Assembly (NCBI GenBank): GCA_963808825.1
Contig: CAWEGW010000011.1
Coordinates: 172,836-236,835 of the forward strand
Origin: Miltoncostaeaceae bacterium
GTDB lineage: Bacteria > Actinomycetota > Thermoleophilia > Miltoncostaeales > Miltoncostaeaceae
Reading direction: 5' to 3'
DNA: 64,000 bases
The translations under genes were made by a program, and so were the position numbers. Positions within the stretch are counted from its first letter, which is position 1. Each line of letters opens with the position of its first letter. Positions 1 to 10,719 of the stretch are shown one piece after another. Below the pieces are notes generated by a model. It saw only the letters and a list, made by a program, of their open reading frames with translations, had not been told where the DNA came from and ran no database searches.

Positions 1-480
1 GGCCAGCGCGAAGGGGCGGTCGAGGGGCTCGAGCGCGAGCAGGTCCCAGTCGAAGCTGCGGCCGGTCCCGCCGTGGCGGCCGGGCACGGCGGCGTCGAGC
101 AGCACCAGGTCGGCCGCGCTCTCGCGCGCGCGCCGCAGCGAGTCGGCGCCGGAGACGCGGACGCCCTCGATCACCGGCAGCCCCGTCGCGCGCCGCACCT
201 CCTCGGGGTCGCCGTCGTGGAGCTGGACGTGGGTGAGGCCGGCGAGCGCGGCCACGGCGGCCACCTCGGCGATCGCCGGGGCGACGAAGACGCCGACGCG
301 GGCGACCCCGTCGGGCACCGCGGCCATCACCTCCGCGGCGCGCGCGGCGTCCACCCGCCGCGGGCTCTCGGCGGCGAGGACCACGCCGAGGCCCCAGACG
401 CCGAGCTCGGCGCAGGCCCGGGCCTCCTCCGGCACGGTGAGGCCGCAGACCTTGACCGCGACGGCGCCGTCAGCCCGCAT
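1..480 (-). CDS. trpF: phosphoribosylanthranilate isomerase, C-terminus cut by window edge
   Basis: Reverse translation from ATG (480-478) gives MRADGAVAVKVCGLTVPEEARACAELGVWGLGVV...VPGRHGGTGRSFDWDLLALEPLDRPFALA. The VKVCG start and GGTG..FDW motif are typical of PRAI. The ORF is open to position 1, so it is missing from the supplied track. Confidence 0.8.
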   Translation of the reverse strand, partial: MRADGAVAVKVCGLTVPEEARACAELGVWGLGVVLAAESPRRVDAARAAEVMAAVPDGVARVGVFVAPAIAEVAAVAALAGLTHVQLHDGDPEEVRRATGLPVIEGVRVSGADSLRRARESAADLVLLDAAVPGRHGGTGRSFDWDLLALEPLDRPFALA

Positions 481-1671
481 CGACCGGCAGCTCCGGCGGG
501 GCGACCTCCCAGCGGGGCAGGAAGACGCTGATGGTCGTGCCCTTGCCGGGGGCGCTGGCGACGTCGAAGGTCCCCTCGAGCATCTGGGCCCGCTCGCGCA
601 TCCCGTAGAGGCCGAAGCGCTGGAGCGGCACGCCGGGCGCCGGCGCTGGACCGCGTCGGGGTCGAAGCCCGCGCCATCGTCGGTCACCACGAGGCGGGTG
701 CCGTCCTCCTCGTCGCGGCAGAGGACGGTCACGAGCGAGGCGTGTCCGTGGCGGTGGGCATTGGTCAGGGACTCCTGGAGGATGCGGTAGAGCGTGATGC
801 GCTGGGTGGACGACACCCCGTTGACGGGGAACTCCCCCTCCCAGGTGGCCTCGACGCGGCAGTCGCCGCGGGCCTCGAAGGCCGTGATCGCGTCCTCGAG
901 TATGTCGGGCAGGCGGCGGTCCTCGAACTGGGCCGGGCGGAGGTGGCCGATCAGCTCGCGCATCTCGTGCAGCGCCCCGCCGACGGTCTCGTAGATGCGA
1001 TCGAGCGAGGGGCGCAGCGAGTCGGGCGGCCCGGCGGCGCCGTCCTTCTCGGCGTCGGCCAGGTCGGCCTCCAGCAGCTGCACCTCCAGCAGCGCCACGG
1101 AGAGCTGCTGAGTCGGGCCGTCGTGGATGTCGAGGGCGATGCGCCCGACCAGGCGCTCGTCCTTCTCGAGAATCTGGGCCATGGCGCGCTCAAGGTTGCC
1201 GCGCAGGCGGATCGCGTCGAGCAGCGCGCCGATGCGGTGCGCGCCCAGGCGGGCCGCCTCGCGGCGCAGGGGCTCGGCGGCGGGCGGCGAGGCGCCCGCG
1301 AGCAGGAGCGCGCCCCGGCCGGCGCCGTCCGCGCCGAGCGGGATCGCCAGCCCCGCCGGCGCCCCCAGCCCGGCCAGCGCCGCCGCCAGCGGCCCGGACT
1401 CGCCGGGCGCCACCTCGGCCTCGTCCCCATCCGCCGAAACCTGCTCGAGCAGCGCTCCCAGGCGCTCCGCGTCGTCGTCGCCCAGGCCGCCCGACGCGGC
1501 CGCCCGGCCGCCCCGGTCGCCCCCGCCCGCGGCCCACGCCAGCGCGATCTGCGCGCCCGCCGCGCGCCGCGCGGCCTCGGTCAGGGCGGCCACCGCGGCA
1601 GCCCCGTCGGAGGGGCTCGCACGGCACGTTGCGACCTCGACGAGGGCCGAAACCGCGTCCTGTGCAGGCAT
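470..1671 (-). pseudogene. NarL-partner (HisKA_3) sensor histidine kinase, one frame switch near 640-650
   Basis: ATG at 1671-1669. H-box region ALDIHDGPTQQLSVALLEVQLL, N-box LYRILQESLTNAHRHG, then VVTDDGAGFDPDAVQ. The C-terminal GLYGMRERAQMLEGTFDVASAPGKGTTISVFLP continues in another frame to a stop at 470-472, overlapping the trpF start by 11 nt. Confidence 0.75.
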
Positions 1672-1870
1672 GTCGGCGGCCCCGGGCATCGGCGGACATC
1701 GTACCGATCCCCCTTTTGGGCTCGCGATACGAGAAAAGATCGCCTATACCTCCCACTGCACCGAACTACCAAAGCGTCTAGGCGACCCGGAACGCCGACC
1801 GGCGTAGTCTCCCTTACGCGGATCCGGACGTCCGCGCGCGAATCCCCGGCGACATGGAGGGCATGGCTCG

Positions 1871-2248
1871 GTGGTGCGGGTGCTTCTTGCCGACGACAAC
1901 GCCCGCTTTCGCGGTACCTTGCGCCGCTTGCTGGAGCGTGACCCCGACATCGTCGTCGTCGCCGAGGCCGGCGACGGCAACGAGGCCCTCGAGATGGCCG
2001 AAGAGGTCGGCCCGGACGTCGTCCTCATGGACGTGTCGATGCCCGGGCTCGACGGCCTGGAGGCGACCTTCGAGCTGAAGGCGCGGCTGCCCGACGTGAC
2101 CGTGCTGATGCTGTCGGTCGGCGACAAGGAGCAGGAGATCGAGGCCGGCCTCGCCGGCGGCGCCTCGGAGTACCTGGTCAAGGGCGGCCCCGCCGGAGAG
2201 ATCGTCGACGCCATCAAACGCTACGGGCCGGTGCCGGGAACCGCCTGA
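1871..2248 (+). CDS. stand-alone receiver-domain response regulator (CheY-like)
   Basis: ORF 125 aa: VRVLLADDN...PDVVLMDVSMPGLDGLEAT...VLMLSVGDKEQE...GASEYLVKG. Divergent from the kinase. Confidence 0.85.
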   Translation: MVRVLLADDNARFRGTLRRLLERDPDIVVVAEAGDGNEALEMAEEVGPDVVLMDVSMPGLDGLEATFELKARLPDVTVLMLSVGDKEQEIEAGLAGGASEYLVKGGPAGEIVDAIKRYGPVPGTA

Positions 2249-2366
2249 CGTTCGACGGCCGATGTGCCGGATAGGCTCGTCCTGTTGTCTTTCTGCAGGG
2301 TCGGTCAGGCGTTAGGCTGACCCCGCCACGCTCAAGGAGGCGCGCATCTCCGCCGATAGTAACGAC

Positions 2367-3038
2367 GTGGCAACCTCAGAAGTGCCCGACACCATCCCGA
2401 GCAAGGCCCCTTTGCGCGTCGCCATCGCGGACGACCACCGGCTCATGCTCGACGGCATCAAGCGGGCGCTCGAGACCGCCCCCGACATCAAGGTCGTCGC
2501 CGAGGCGACCACCGGCGAGGAGATGCTCAGCATCGTGCCGCGGGTGCGGCCCGACGTGGTCATCCTCGACCTCCGCATGCCCAAGGGCGACGGCCTCAGC
2601 ACGCTCGCCGCGCTGCGCAAGGACTACCCCGACCTCAAGATCATCATCCTGTCGATGTCCGAGGCCAACGAGCACATCGACCAGGCCTTCCACGGCGGGG
2701 CGTCGGGCTACGTCGCCAAGACGATCAACCCGCTCGACCTGCCGTCGACCATCCGCCAGGTCGTGGAGGGCACCGTCTTCACGCCGCGCGGCCGCGCCGG
2801 CGAGGGCGGCGTCGCGCCGAGCGGGGCGCCGGCCGGCCACCCCGGCGGCCTCACCGACCGCGAGCTGTCGATCCTCCGCCTGGTCGCCGAGGGCCTCTCG
2901 AACCTCGACATCGCCAGCAAGCTCTACGTCACCGAGCAGACGGTGAAGTTCCACCTCTCGAACATCTACCGCAAGCTCGGAGTGGGGAACCGCACCGAGG
3001 CCACGCGCTACGCCTACCGCAACGGCCTGATCGAGTAG
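2367..3038 (+). CDS. NarL/LuxR-family response regulator (REC + LuxR HTH)
   Basis: RVAIADDHRLMLDGI...DVVILDLRMPKGDG plus LTDRELSILRLVAEGLSNLDIASKLYVTEQTVKFHLSNIYRKLGV. A strong SD (AAGGAGG, ~2335-2341) lies 5 nt before an in-frame ATC at 2346, so the true start may be upstream of the GTG at 2367. Confidence 0.9.
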   Translation: MATSEVPDTIPSKAPLRVAIADDHRLMLDGIKRALETAPDIKVVAEATTGEEMLSIVPRVRPDVVILDLRMPKGDGLSTLAALRKDYPDLKIIILSMSEANEHIDQAFHGGASGYVAKTINPLDLPSTIRQVVEGTVFTPRGRAGEGGVAPSGAPAGHPGGLTDRELSILRLVAEGLSNLDIASKLYVTEQTVKFHLSNIYRKLGVGNRTEATRYAYRNGLIE

Positions 3039-3109
3039 GCCGAAGCGCGGACCGTGAATTCCGGCCTCTCGCCCCGCCGAAGGCGGTAAGGCCGGATTGG
3101 TCCGCATTG

Positions 3110-3150
3110 CCAGAAAAGCGCGCCCCGGCCGAAGGCCGGAGCTTTTCTGG
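3110..3150 (+). terminator. intrinsic-terminator-like hairpin after the response regulator gene
   Basis: ccagaaaagc-gcgcc-CCGGCC-gaa-GGCCGG-a-gcttttctgg: a GC stem with a GAA loop followed by CTTTTCT. The outer 10-bp A-tract/T-tract arms make it potentially bidirectional. Confidence 0.5.
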
Positions 3151-3300
3151 CCGGCGCGCCCGGGGCCTCCCCGGACCCAGCGGGCGGGTCATTGCTCGCA
3201 AGCCCGAAGCTCGGAAACGCCGAAGCTCGCAAGCCCAGGCGACGCCCGTATGCCAGAATCGCCTCCATGGACGCGATGAGCCCCCTCCCGAACGCTCCCG

Positions 3301-4314
3301 ATGGCGAACCTCCCGAAGATCCGCCGAGGCCACGGGCGCGGGCGCGGGCCCGCGGACGAGCCGCGCGCTGACCGCGTCGGTCCGGACGTCCAGCGCCTCG
3401 AGGCGCACGGCCTCACGTGGCTGAACATCGAGTCGCCGACCCAGCTCGAGACCGCCTGGCTGGCCGAGCACTACGACTTCCACCCCCTCGACCTCGAGGA
3501 CGTGCTCTCGCGGCGGCGGCAGCGGGCGAAGATCGACGAGTACGCCGACTACCTGTTCATCGTCCTGCACTTCCCGCGCTTCGACAAGCGCGCGGGCCGG
3601 CTCCAGGCGGCCGAGCTGAACCTCTTCGTGGCCGAGGACCTGGTGATCACGCTCCCGAACGAGCCGCTGAAGCCGCTCAGCGCGCTCTGGTCGCGCTGCG
3701 AGCGCAGCGAGGCCGCGCGCGAGCAGCTACATGGGCAGGGGCTCGGGCTTCCTGCTCTACGAGATCGTCGACACGATGTACGACTACTGCTTCCCGATCC
3801 TCGACAAGATCGGCTTCAAGCTCGACCTGATCGAGGACGCGCTCTTCGAGGGCGAGAGCGACGACCTGGTGCGCGACATCTCCAACACCAAGCAGGAGAT
3901 CATCAACTACCGCCGGATCGTGAAGCCGCAGCGAACCACGCTGCGCCTGCTCGACCGCAGCAGCCAGCGCTTCGCCCCCAGGACCTCGACATCTACTTCG
4001 ACGACATCGTCGACAAGAGCGAGCGGATCTGGGACCTCCTCGAGAACTACAAGGAGGTCGCCGAGGCCCTCGAGGCCACCAACGAGTCGGTGATCTCGCA
4101 CCGCGTGAACGACATCCTGCGGGCGCTGACGGCGATCAGCGTCATCGTGCTGCCCCTGACCCTGATCGCGAGCGTCTTCGGCATGAACGTCGGGCTGCCG
4201 GGGGGCGGCGACCCTGCCGCCGGCGGGTCGGTCACCTTCTGGGTGGTCGTCGGCGCGATGCTGGCGATCCTCATCGGGATGGTCGCCTACTTCCGCTTCA
4301 AGCGGTGGCTGTGA
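3301..4314 (+). pseudogene. corA: CorA-family Mg2+/Co2+ transporter, two compensating frame switches (~3729, ~3975)
   Basis: N-terminus LTWLNIESPT...HPLDLEDVLS...YLFIVLHFP. Middle part, in the frame of ORF 3731-4093: GSGFLLYEIVDTMYDYCFPILDKIGFKLDLIEDALF...IINYRRIVKPQRTTL. C-terminus back in the first frame: YFDDIVDKSERIWDLLE...LPLTLIASVFGMNV (GMN motif). Confidence 0.85.
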
Positions 4315-4351
4315 GCGGCGATGCGGCCGCCGCGGCGCCGGGCCCGACATC

Positions 4352-4839
4352 ATGTGGTCGCCCTGGCGGATGGCCTACGTCTCCGCCGAGCACGGCGACG
4401 AGTACGAGGGGCCGGCCTGCGTCTTCTGCGACCTCCCGGCGCGGAGCGACGACGCCGCCACCTACATCCTCCACCGCGGCGAGCGGACGTTCGTGATCAT
4501 GAACCTCTACCCCTACAACAACGGGCACCTGATGATCGTCCCGTACGCTCACGTCGACACGCTCGCGGCCCTCGACGAGCCCACCCTCACGGAGATGATG
4601 ATGCTGGCGCAGCGCTCCCAGGCGGTGCTGGAGGAGCGGATGCGGCCCCAGGGCTTCAACATCGGGCATCAACCAGGGCCGGGCGGCCGGCGCCGGCATC
4701 GCCGACCACCTGCACATGCACCTGCTGCCGCGCTGGGTCGGCGACACCAACTTCATGCCCGCGCTCGGGAGACGTGCGCGTGATGCCCCAGCACCTCGAC
4801 GAGACCTACGCCCTGCTGGCCGGGGGGTTCGCCGAGTGA
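4352..4839 (+). pseudogene. HIT-family nucleotide hydrolase/phosphorylase, two frame switches (~4667, ~4770)
   Basis: MWSPWRMAYV...CVFCDL...FVIMNLYPYNNGHLMIVPYAHV, then IADHLHMHLLPRWVGDTNFMP (HxHxH) in the next frame, then DVRVMPQHLDETYALLAGGFAE in the third frame. Confidence 0.8.
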
Positions 4840-6191
4840 CGATCGACCCGGGGGTCTTCAAGGCGTACGACGTGCGGGGCGTGTACCCCGACGAGATCGA
4901 CGAGGACGGGCGGACGGCGCGTCGGCGCGGCCTTCGTGGCCGTCACGGGCGCGAAGCGGATCGCGCTCGGGCCACGACGTGCGCCTGTCGTCGCCCTCGA
5001 TGGCCGAGGCCGTCGCCGAGGGGGCGCTCGCGGCGGGCGCCGACGTCGTCGAGCTCGGGCTCTGCGCGACCGAGATGCTCTACTTCGCCGTCGGCGACGG
5101 CGGGCTCGACGCCGGCATCTGCGTCACCGCCAGCCACAACCCGCCCAGGTACACCGGCATGAAGATGGTGCGCGAGGGCGCGCTGCCGCTCGCGGGCGAC
5201 TCCGGCATCGGCGAGGTCGGGCGGATCGCCGCCGACGGGCCGCCGACGGCGCCCTCACCCGGGCGCGCGATCGCGCGACGACGGGCCTGCTCGGGCGCTA
5301 CATCGACCGCTGCATGTCGTTCGTCGACCCCGCGGCCGTCCGCGACCTGCGGGTCGTGATGGACGCCGCCAACGGGATGGCGGGGCTCTTCCTGCCGCCG
5401 GCCCTGGAGCGGCTGGCCATCGACGCCGTGCCGTTCTTCCTCGACCTCGACGGCACCTTCCCCAACCACGAGCCGAACCCGCTCCTGCCGGAGAACCGCG
5501 AGTTCGTCATCGGCAAGGTGCGCGAGGAGGGCGCCGACCTCGGCATCGCCTTCGACGGCGACGCCGACCGCTGCTTCTTCATCGACGACGCGGGCGAGTT
5601 CGTGCCCGGCGACTTCCTCACCGCGCTGCTCGCGCGGCACCTGCTGGGGCGCGCGGGCCCGGCGACGGTCGTCTACGACCTGCGGGCCTCGTGGGCCGTG
5701 CGCGACACCGTCCGCGCGGCCGGCGGGACGCCCGACATGTGGCGCGTGGGCCACGCCTTCATCAAGCGCCGCATGCGCGAGGTGGACGCCCTCTTCGCCG
5801 GCGAGGTCAGCGGCCACTACTACTTCCGCGACTTCTTCTACGCCGACACCGGCCTGGTCCCGGCGCTGCTGGTGATGGAGATGATCGCGACGGCCGGGAC
5901 GGCCGCTGTCGGAGATGGTGGCCGGCTTCCGCGAGCGCTACCACGTCTCGGGCGAGATCAACTCGACGGTCAACGACGTTCCGGCGGCGCTCGAGCGGCT
6001 GCGCGAGCGGCTACGGCGACGGCAACCAGTTCGAGATCGACGGCCTGTCGGTCGAGTACGAGGACTGGCACTTCAACGTGCGCCCCTCGAACACCGAGCC
6101 GCTGCTGCGGCTGAACCTCGAGTCGCTCGTGTCCGAGGAGGACATGGAGCGCCGCCGCGACGAGGTGCTCGAGGTGATCCGCTCCGGGTGA
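4836..6191 (+). pseudogene. phosphomannomutase/phosphoglucomutase, about five frame switches
   Basis: GTG overlaps the HIT stop (GTGA). FKAYDVRGVYPDEI, GICVTASHNPPRYTGMKM (active-site Ser loop), GIAFDGDADRCFFIDD, FAGEVSGHYYF and WHFNVRPSNTEPLLRLNLES are spread over three frames (switches ~4915, ~4970, ~5270, ~5895, ~6005). Confidence 0.85.
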
Positions 6192-6791
6192 CCGGCGCGG
6201 ACGCGGCCCTCGTCGCCGTCGACGGCCTGGAGGTGCGCTACCACGGGGGTCCCGACCCGGCCGTGCGCGACGTCTCCCTGCGCCTCGGGCCCGGCGAGGG
6301 CCTCCTGGTCGCGGGCCCCGCGGGCGCCGGCAAGACGAGCCTGCTGCGCGGCCTGCTGGGGCTGGTGCCCGCGCGCCGGCCGGGTGAGCCTGCCCGCCCG
6401 GGTCGGCTACGGGCCCGCAGGGCGGCGGCTTCGCCAGGGGCCTGCGCGTGGACGAGACCGCGCGGACGGTCGCCGCGCTGCGCGGTGCGGGCGACCCGCG
6501 CGCGGCGGCCGCCGAGGCGCTGGCCCGGGCGGGGCTGGAGTTCGTGGCCCGCTGGCGCACGCGCCGGCTCGACGCCGAGGGCTGGCGGCGCCTGAGCCTG
6601 GCCCTGGCCATCGCCGGCGACCCGCCCCTGGTCGTGCTGGACGACCCCTGGGTGCTGGCCGAGACGCTCCGCGAGATCGACCGGCGCCCGCGAGCGCGGC
6701 GCCGCCGTGCTGGCGGCCTCGTCGCGCCCCGGCGGGCCTCGCCCCGGCCCTGGGGCGCCGCCTCGACATGGCCGACGGGGCGCCGCGCTGA
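6188..6791 (+). pseudogene. ABC transporter ATP-binding protein, about four frame switches
   Basis: GTGA overlap with the previous gene. Walker A GPAGAGKTSLLRGLLG and Walker B region RRLSLALAIAGDPPLVVLDDP. C-terminus LGRRLDMADGAPR, stop 6789-6791. Confidence 0.65.
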
Positions 6792-7608
6792 GCCGCCTCG
6801 CCCGGCTCGCGTGGGCGCAGCTCCTGCGCCTGGCCCGCCGGCCGTGGGTGCAGGCGCGTCGCCGGCGAGGCGGCCTGGTGGCCGTGGTCGTCGTCGCCGC
6901 CGCGGCCGCCGCCGACTCCGGCCTGGAGCGCGAGGACGCCCTGCGCAGCGGCGGCGCGGCGCTGCTGCTGCTGGGCGGGCTCGTCGTCGCGGTCGGGCTC
7001 GGCGCCGGCGCGCTGAACCGCGACGCGGCCGCGGGCCACCTGGGCCTGCTGGTGGGCTCCGGCGCCTCGCGGCGCGAGGTCGCCGCGGCCGCCCTGCTGG
7101 CGCGCGGTCGTGGCGCTCGCGGCGATCGTCGCCGCCTGGGGGGTGGCGCTGCAGGTCGGCAGCCTCGCGCTGGGGCTCGGCCTGGACGGGCCGCTGGCGG
7201 TCCACACGCTGGCGGCCTCGGTCGGCCTGCTGCTGACCCTGCTGGCGGCGGGCGCGGCCAGCTCGGTGGTCGGCCCGGTGGCGGCGGGCGCGTTCGGCCT
7301 GGTGGTGTTCATCGCGGCCCAGGCGGCCGTCAACCTGAAGGCGGCCGCCGACCAGGACCTCATCGGCACCGCCGACGCGGCGGTGAACGCCCTCTACTAC
7401 GTCGTGCCCGCGCGCCATCGTCTCGCCCATGATCTCCGAGCTGCAGGGCCGCGACGTCGGCGGCCCGGCGGCGCCGTCGCTCGAGATCAACGACAACCTG
7501 GTGCTGGTGCCGGCGTCCGGCTGGGGGAGCGTCGTCTGGACGCTCGCCTGGTGCGCGCTCCTGGCGATCGCCTGCGTCGCCGGCCTGCGGAGGCGCCCGC
7601 TGGCCTGA
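6788..7608 (+). pseudogene. putative ABC-transporter permease / polytopic membrane protein, about two frame switches
   Basis: Hydrophobic Ala/Leu/Gly-rich segments (LVAVVVVAAAAAA, ALLLLGGLVVAVGLGAG, LAAIVAAWGVALQVGSLALGL, SVGLLLTLLAAGAASSVVGPVAAGAFGLVVFIAA, VVWTLAWCALLAIACVAG). The only start-like codon at the junction is CTG in a CTGA overlap, so the start is uncertain. Confidence 0.5.
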
Positions 7609-7689
7609 CGAGCGGACCGCGCGGGCCTTGACGGGTCCGCCGGGGCGGTGAAGGGTTGGATCACCCGGGCGACGATGAGAGGGGGCGGC

Positions 7690-8591
7690 ATGCGGAGCGA
7701 CGTCGAGTTCGACGCGGACGGTACGACGCTCCGGGGGTGGCTCTACGTGCCCGACGGAGCGGCGGGGCCGGTGCCGACGGTCGTGATGTCCCACGGCTTC
7801 TCCGCCGTGAAGGAGATGTACCTCGACCGCTTCGCCGAGGCCTTCGCCGCGGCGGGGCTCGGGGCGCTGGTCTACGACAACCGCAACTTCGGCGCGAGCG
7901 ACGGCGAGCCGCGGCAGGAGATCGACCCCTGGGAGCAGGTCCGCGACTACCGCAACGCGATCACCTACGCGCAGACCCGGGCCGAGGTCGACGCCGACCG
8001 CATCGGCGTCTGGGGCTCGAGCTACTCGGGCGGGCACGTCCTCGTCGTCGGCGCGATCGACCGGCGGGTGAAGTGCGTGGCCTGCCAGGTGCCCCTCATC
8101 AGCGGCCACGAGAACGCCCGGCGCATCGTGCGCTGCCGACTTCATCGCGCCCGTCGGCGGGATGTTCGACGACGACCGCGCGGCCCGCTACGCGGGCGAG
8201 CCGCCGGCGATGATCCCGGTCGTCGACGAGGACCCGATGGCCCCGTCGGCGCTTCCGACGGCCGACTCGTACGAGTGGTTCACGGAGACCGGCGCGTCGC
8301 GGGCGCCCTCGTGGCGCAACGAGGTGACGCTGCGCAGCGTCGAGATGTTCTGGGAGTACGAGCCCGGGCGCCTACATCGCCTGGATCTCGCCCACGCCGT
8401 TCCTGATGGTGGTCGCCGCCGAAGGACCACCTGACCGTCTCCGACCTGGCCATCGAGGCCTACGAGCGGGCGCTCGAGCCCAAGCGGCTCGTGGTCCTCC
8501 CGGGGGGCCACTTCGAGGCGTACACGGCCGCCTTCGACGACGCCTCGGGCGCCGCGGCCGACTGGTTCGCCCAGCACCTGCTGGGGGCTGA
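7690..8591 (+). pseudogene. alpha/beta-hydrolase (dienelactone-hydrolase/esterase-like), about four frame switches
   Basis: VPTVVMSHGFSAVKEMYLDRFAE, nucleophile elbow IGVWGSSYSGGHVLV, then [26 protein letters not shown] in other frames. The end is assumed at the TGA at 8589-8591, after a G-run. Confidence 0.7.
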
Positions 8592-8598
8592 CCGGGGG

Positions 8599-8985
8599 TC
8601 AGGGGATCGCGTCGTCCAGGGGCAGGCGGCCGGCGAAGCCCGGCGTCGGTCTCGTGCCACCACTCGATCCGCGCCTCGCCGACCCGCCAGCAGAGGTAGA
8701 CCTCGCGGCCCTCGCGCAGGGCCGGGAAGTCGCAGATGCCGGTGTCGAGGTCGCGCGACGATCACGCCCCAGCGGTCGATCTGCGCGAGGCCGCGCGTGA
8801 AGACGCAGCGCCGCCTCGGCGAAGACGGTGCCGTCCGCGCCGCCCCCGTTGCCGCCCGGCGACGGCGCCCAGCCGCGCGGCGCGCTCGCGGTCGGCCATG
8901 ACCGCGCGGGCCTCCCGGAGCTCGGCGATCAGCGCGCCGAGCGGCTCGATGAGCGCCGACGCCTCCGCCAGCGTGTAGGTCGCGC
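8599..8985 (-). pseudogene. DUF2203-family protein, at least two frame switches, start not identifiable
   Basis: TYTLAEASALIEPLGALIAELREARAVM...[53 protein letters not shown], read across frames on the minus strand. Confidence 0.5.
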
Positions 8986-10072
8986 CTAGGCGACGACCTC
9001 GTCGCGCCGCACGGGGCGGTAGAGCGTGTCGCGCTCGACCGGGACCTTGCCGCCGGCGCGGATCAGCGTCTCCATCCGCTCCTGGGAGAGGCCGAGCGGC
9101 GTCTGGACCGTCGTGGCGTGCGCGATGCGCTCCTCGGTGAGCGTGCCCGACAGGTCGTCGAGGCCGTAGCCGAGGGCCTCGGAGGTGATCTCCTCGCCGA
9201 GCATCACCCAGTGGCCCTTGATGTGCGGGAAGGTGTCCAGGAACAGCCGCGCGACGGCGATCGTGCGCAGCTTCTCCTCGCGCGTCGGGCCCGGGAGGTA
9301 CGCGAAGTCGGTGTTGCCGGGCAGGAACGGCAGCGGGATGAAGGCCTGGAAGCCGCCCGTGTCGTCCTGCAGGTCGCGCAGCTGGCGCATGTGGTCGACC
9401 TGCTCCTCGGGCGTCTCGAAGTGGCCGAAGAGGAGGGTCGCGTTGGTCCGCAGGCCCTGGCCGTGCGCCTCGCGGTGGACCTCGAGCCACGTCTCGGCGG
9501 GGACCTTGCGGTCGGCGATGATCTTGCGGACGCGCGGGCTGAAGACCTCGGCGCCGCCGCCGGGCATGGTGTCGTGGCCGGCGGCGCGCAGCCGGCGCAG
9601 CGCCTCGGCGCTGGTGACCTTCGAGATCCGCGCGATGAAGTCCACCTCGACCGCCGTGAGGGCGGTCAGCGACGACGTGCGGCAGGGTCGCCTTGAGCTC
9701 GGCGAACAGCTCCTCGTAGTACGGGAGGTCGTACTCCTTGGTCATCCCGCCGACGATGTGGAGCTCGGTGATGCCGAGGCCGGCGAGCTGCACGGCCCGG
9801 TCGACGAGCTGGTTGACGCTGTAGGCGTAGGCGCGCTCGTCCTTCTCGGTCCAGACGGCGAAGGCGCAGAAGCCGCACCCGACCACGCAGATGTTGGTCG
9901 GGTTGAGGTGGGCGTTGACGTTGTAGGTGACGTCGTCGCCGTAGCGCCGCCGGACCACCGCGTCGGCCGCGGCGCCCAGCTCCTCGAGCGGCGCCTCGCG
10001 GTAGAGCGCGACCGCCTCCTCCGGGGTGATCCGGCCCCCGTCGGCGGCGCGGGCGAGGATGGCGTCGGTCAT
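8986..10072 (-). pseudogene. radical-SAM menaquinone (futalosine-pathway) enzyme, MqnE/MqnC type, one frame switch (~9650-9680)
   Basis: NVNAHLNPTNICVVGCGFCAFAV (CxxxCxxC), ITELHIVGG, then AGHDTMPGGGAEVFSPRVRKIIADRK...ATLLFGHFETPEEQVDHMRQLRDLQDDTGGFQAFIPLPF in the frame of ORF 8986-9645. I cannot separate MqnE from MqnC by eye. Confidence 0.75.
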
Positions 10073-10104
10073 GGCGTCCGAGGTTATCAGGGGCGCCCGT
10101 CACC

Positions 10105-10719
10105 ATGATCGGACAGCCGTGCCGCGCTACGCTGCGACCCGTGCCCGAGCACGCGCTCAAGGAGTGGGCGGTGACGGTGGAGGCCCTCGCCGCCGGGGAC
10201 CAGGTGCTGATCGTCCGCAAGGGCGGGATCGGCGAGAAGCGCTTCGAGCTGCCCCACCCCCGCTTCTACCTCTTCCCCACCTACGCCCACCAGCGCCCCG
10301 AGCTGGTCAAGCCCGCCGGGCGGGACCGCTTCGGCGACCCCCTGTCGCAGCGCGACGAGCCCGAGCGGCTGCCGCTGCCGGCCTACGCCGAGCTGCACTC
10401 GGCGCACCCGATCGCCGACCCCGAGGCGCTGGCGGCGATCGACGGCCTGCACATCCTGGCGCCGTCCTACGCCGAGGAGCGCCTCCGCTGGCGGCGCAAG
10501 CACCCGCTCTGGGCGGCCGTGCTGCGGGTCTGGTCGCTGCCCGAGCCCCCGGTCCTGGAGGGCGCGTCCGCGCTACGGCGGCTGCGTGAGCTGGGTGGAG
10601 CTCCCGGAGGCGATCGGCGCCCCGGCAGAGCGGCGTGCCCGCGCTGGACGACGCGCGCCTTCGAGGCGGCGGCGGGCGCGGTCGAGGCGGCCCTCGCGCC
10701 GGCCGGGGTCGCGCGCTGA
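10105..10719 (+). pseudogene. DUF1802-family protein, about three frame switches near the 3' end
   Basis: ALKEWAVTVEALAAGDQVLIVRKGGIGEKRFELPHPRFYLFPTYAHQ. The alternative GTG at 10141 (MPEHALKEWA) fits the family N-terminus better. C-terminal pieces SWVELPEAIG and AFEAAAGAVEAAL lie in other frames. Confidence 0.65.

Noticed and set aside
3097-3428. Short ORFs (60-105 aa) inside the hairpin-rich spacer upstream of corA
   Set aside because: Their translations are Arg/Pro-rich, lack an SD, overlap one another on both strands, and coincide with the hairpin structures.
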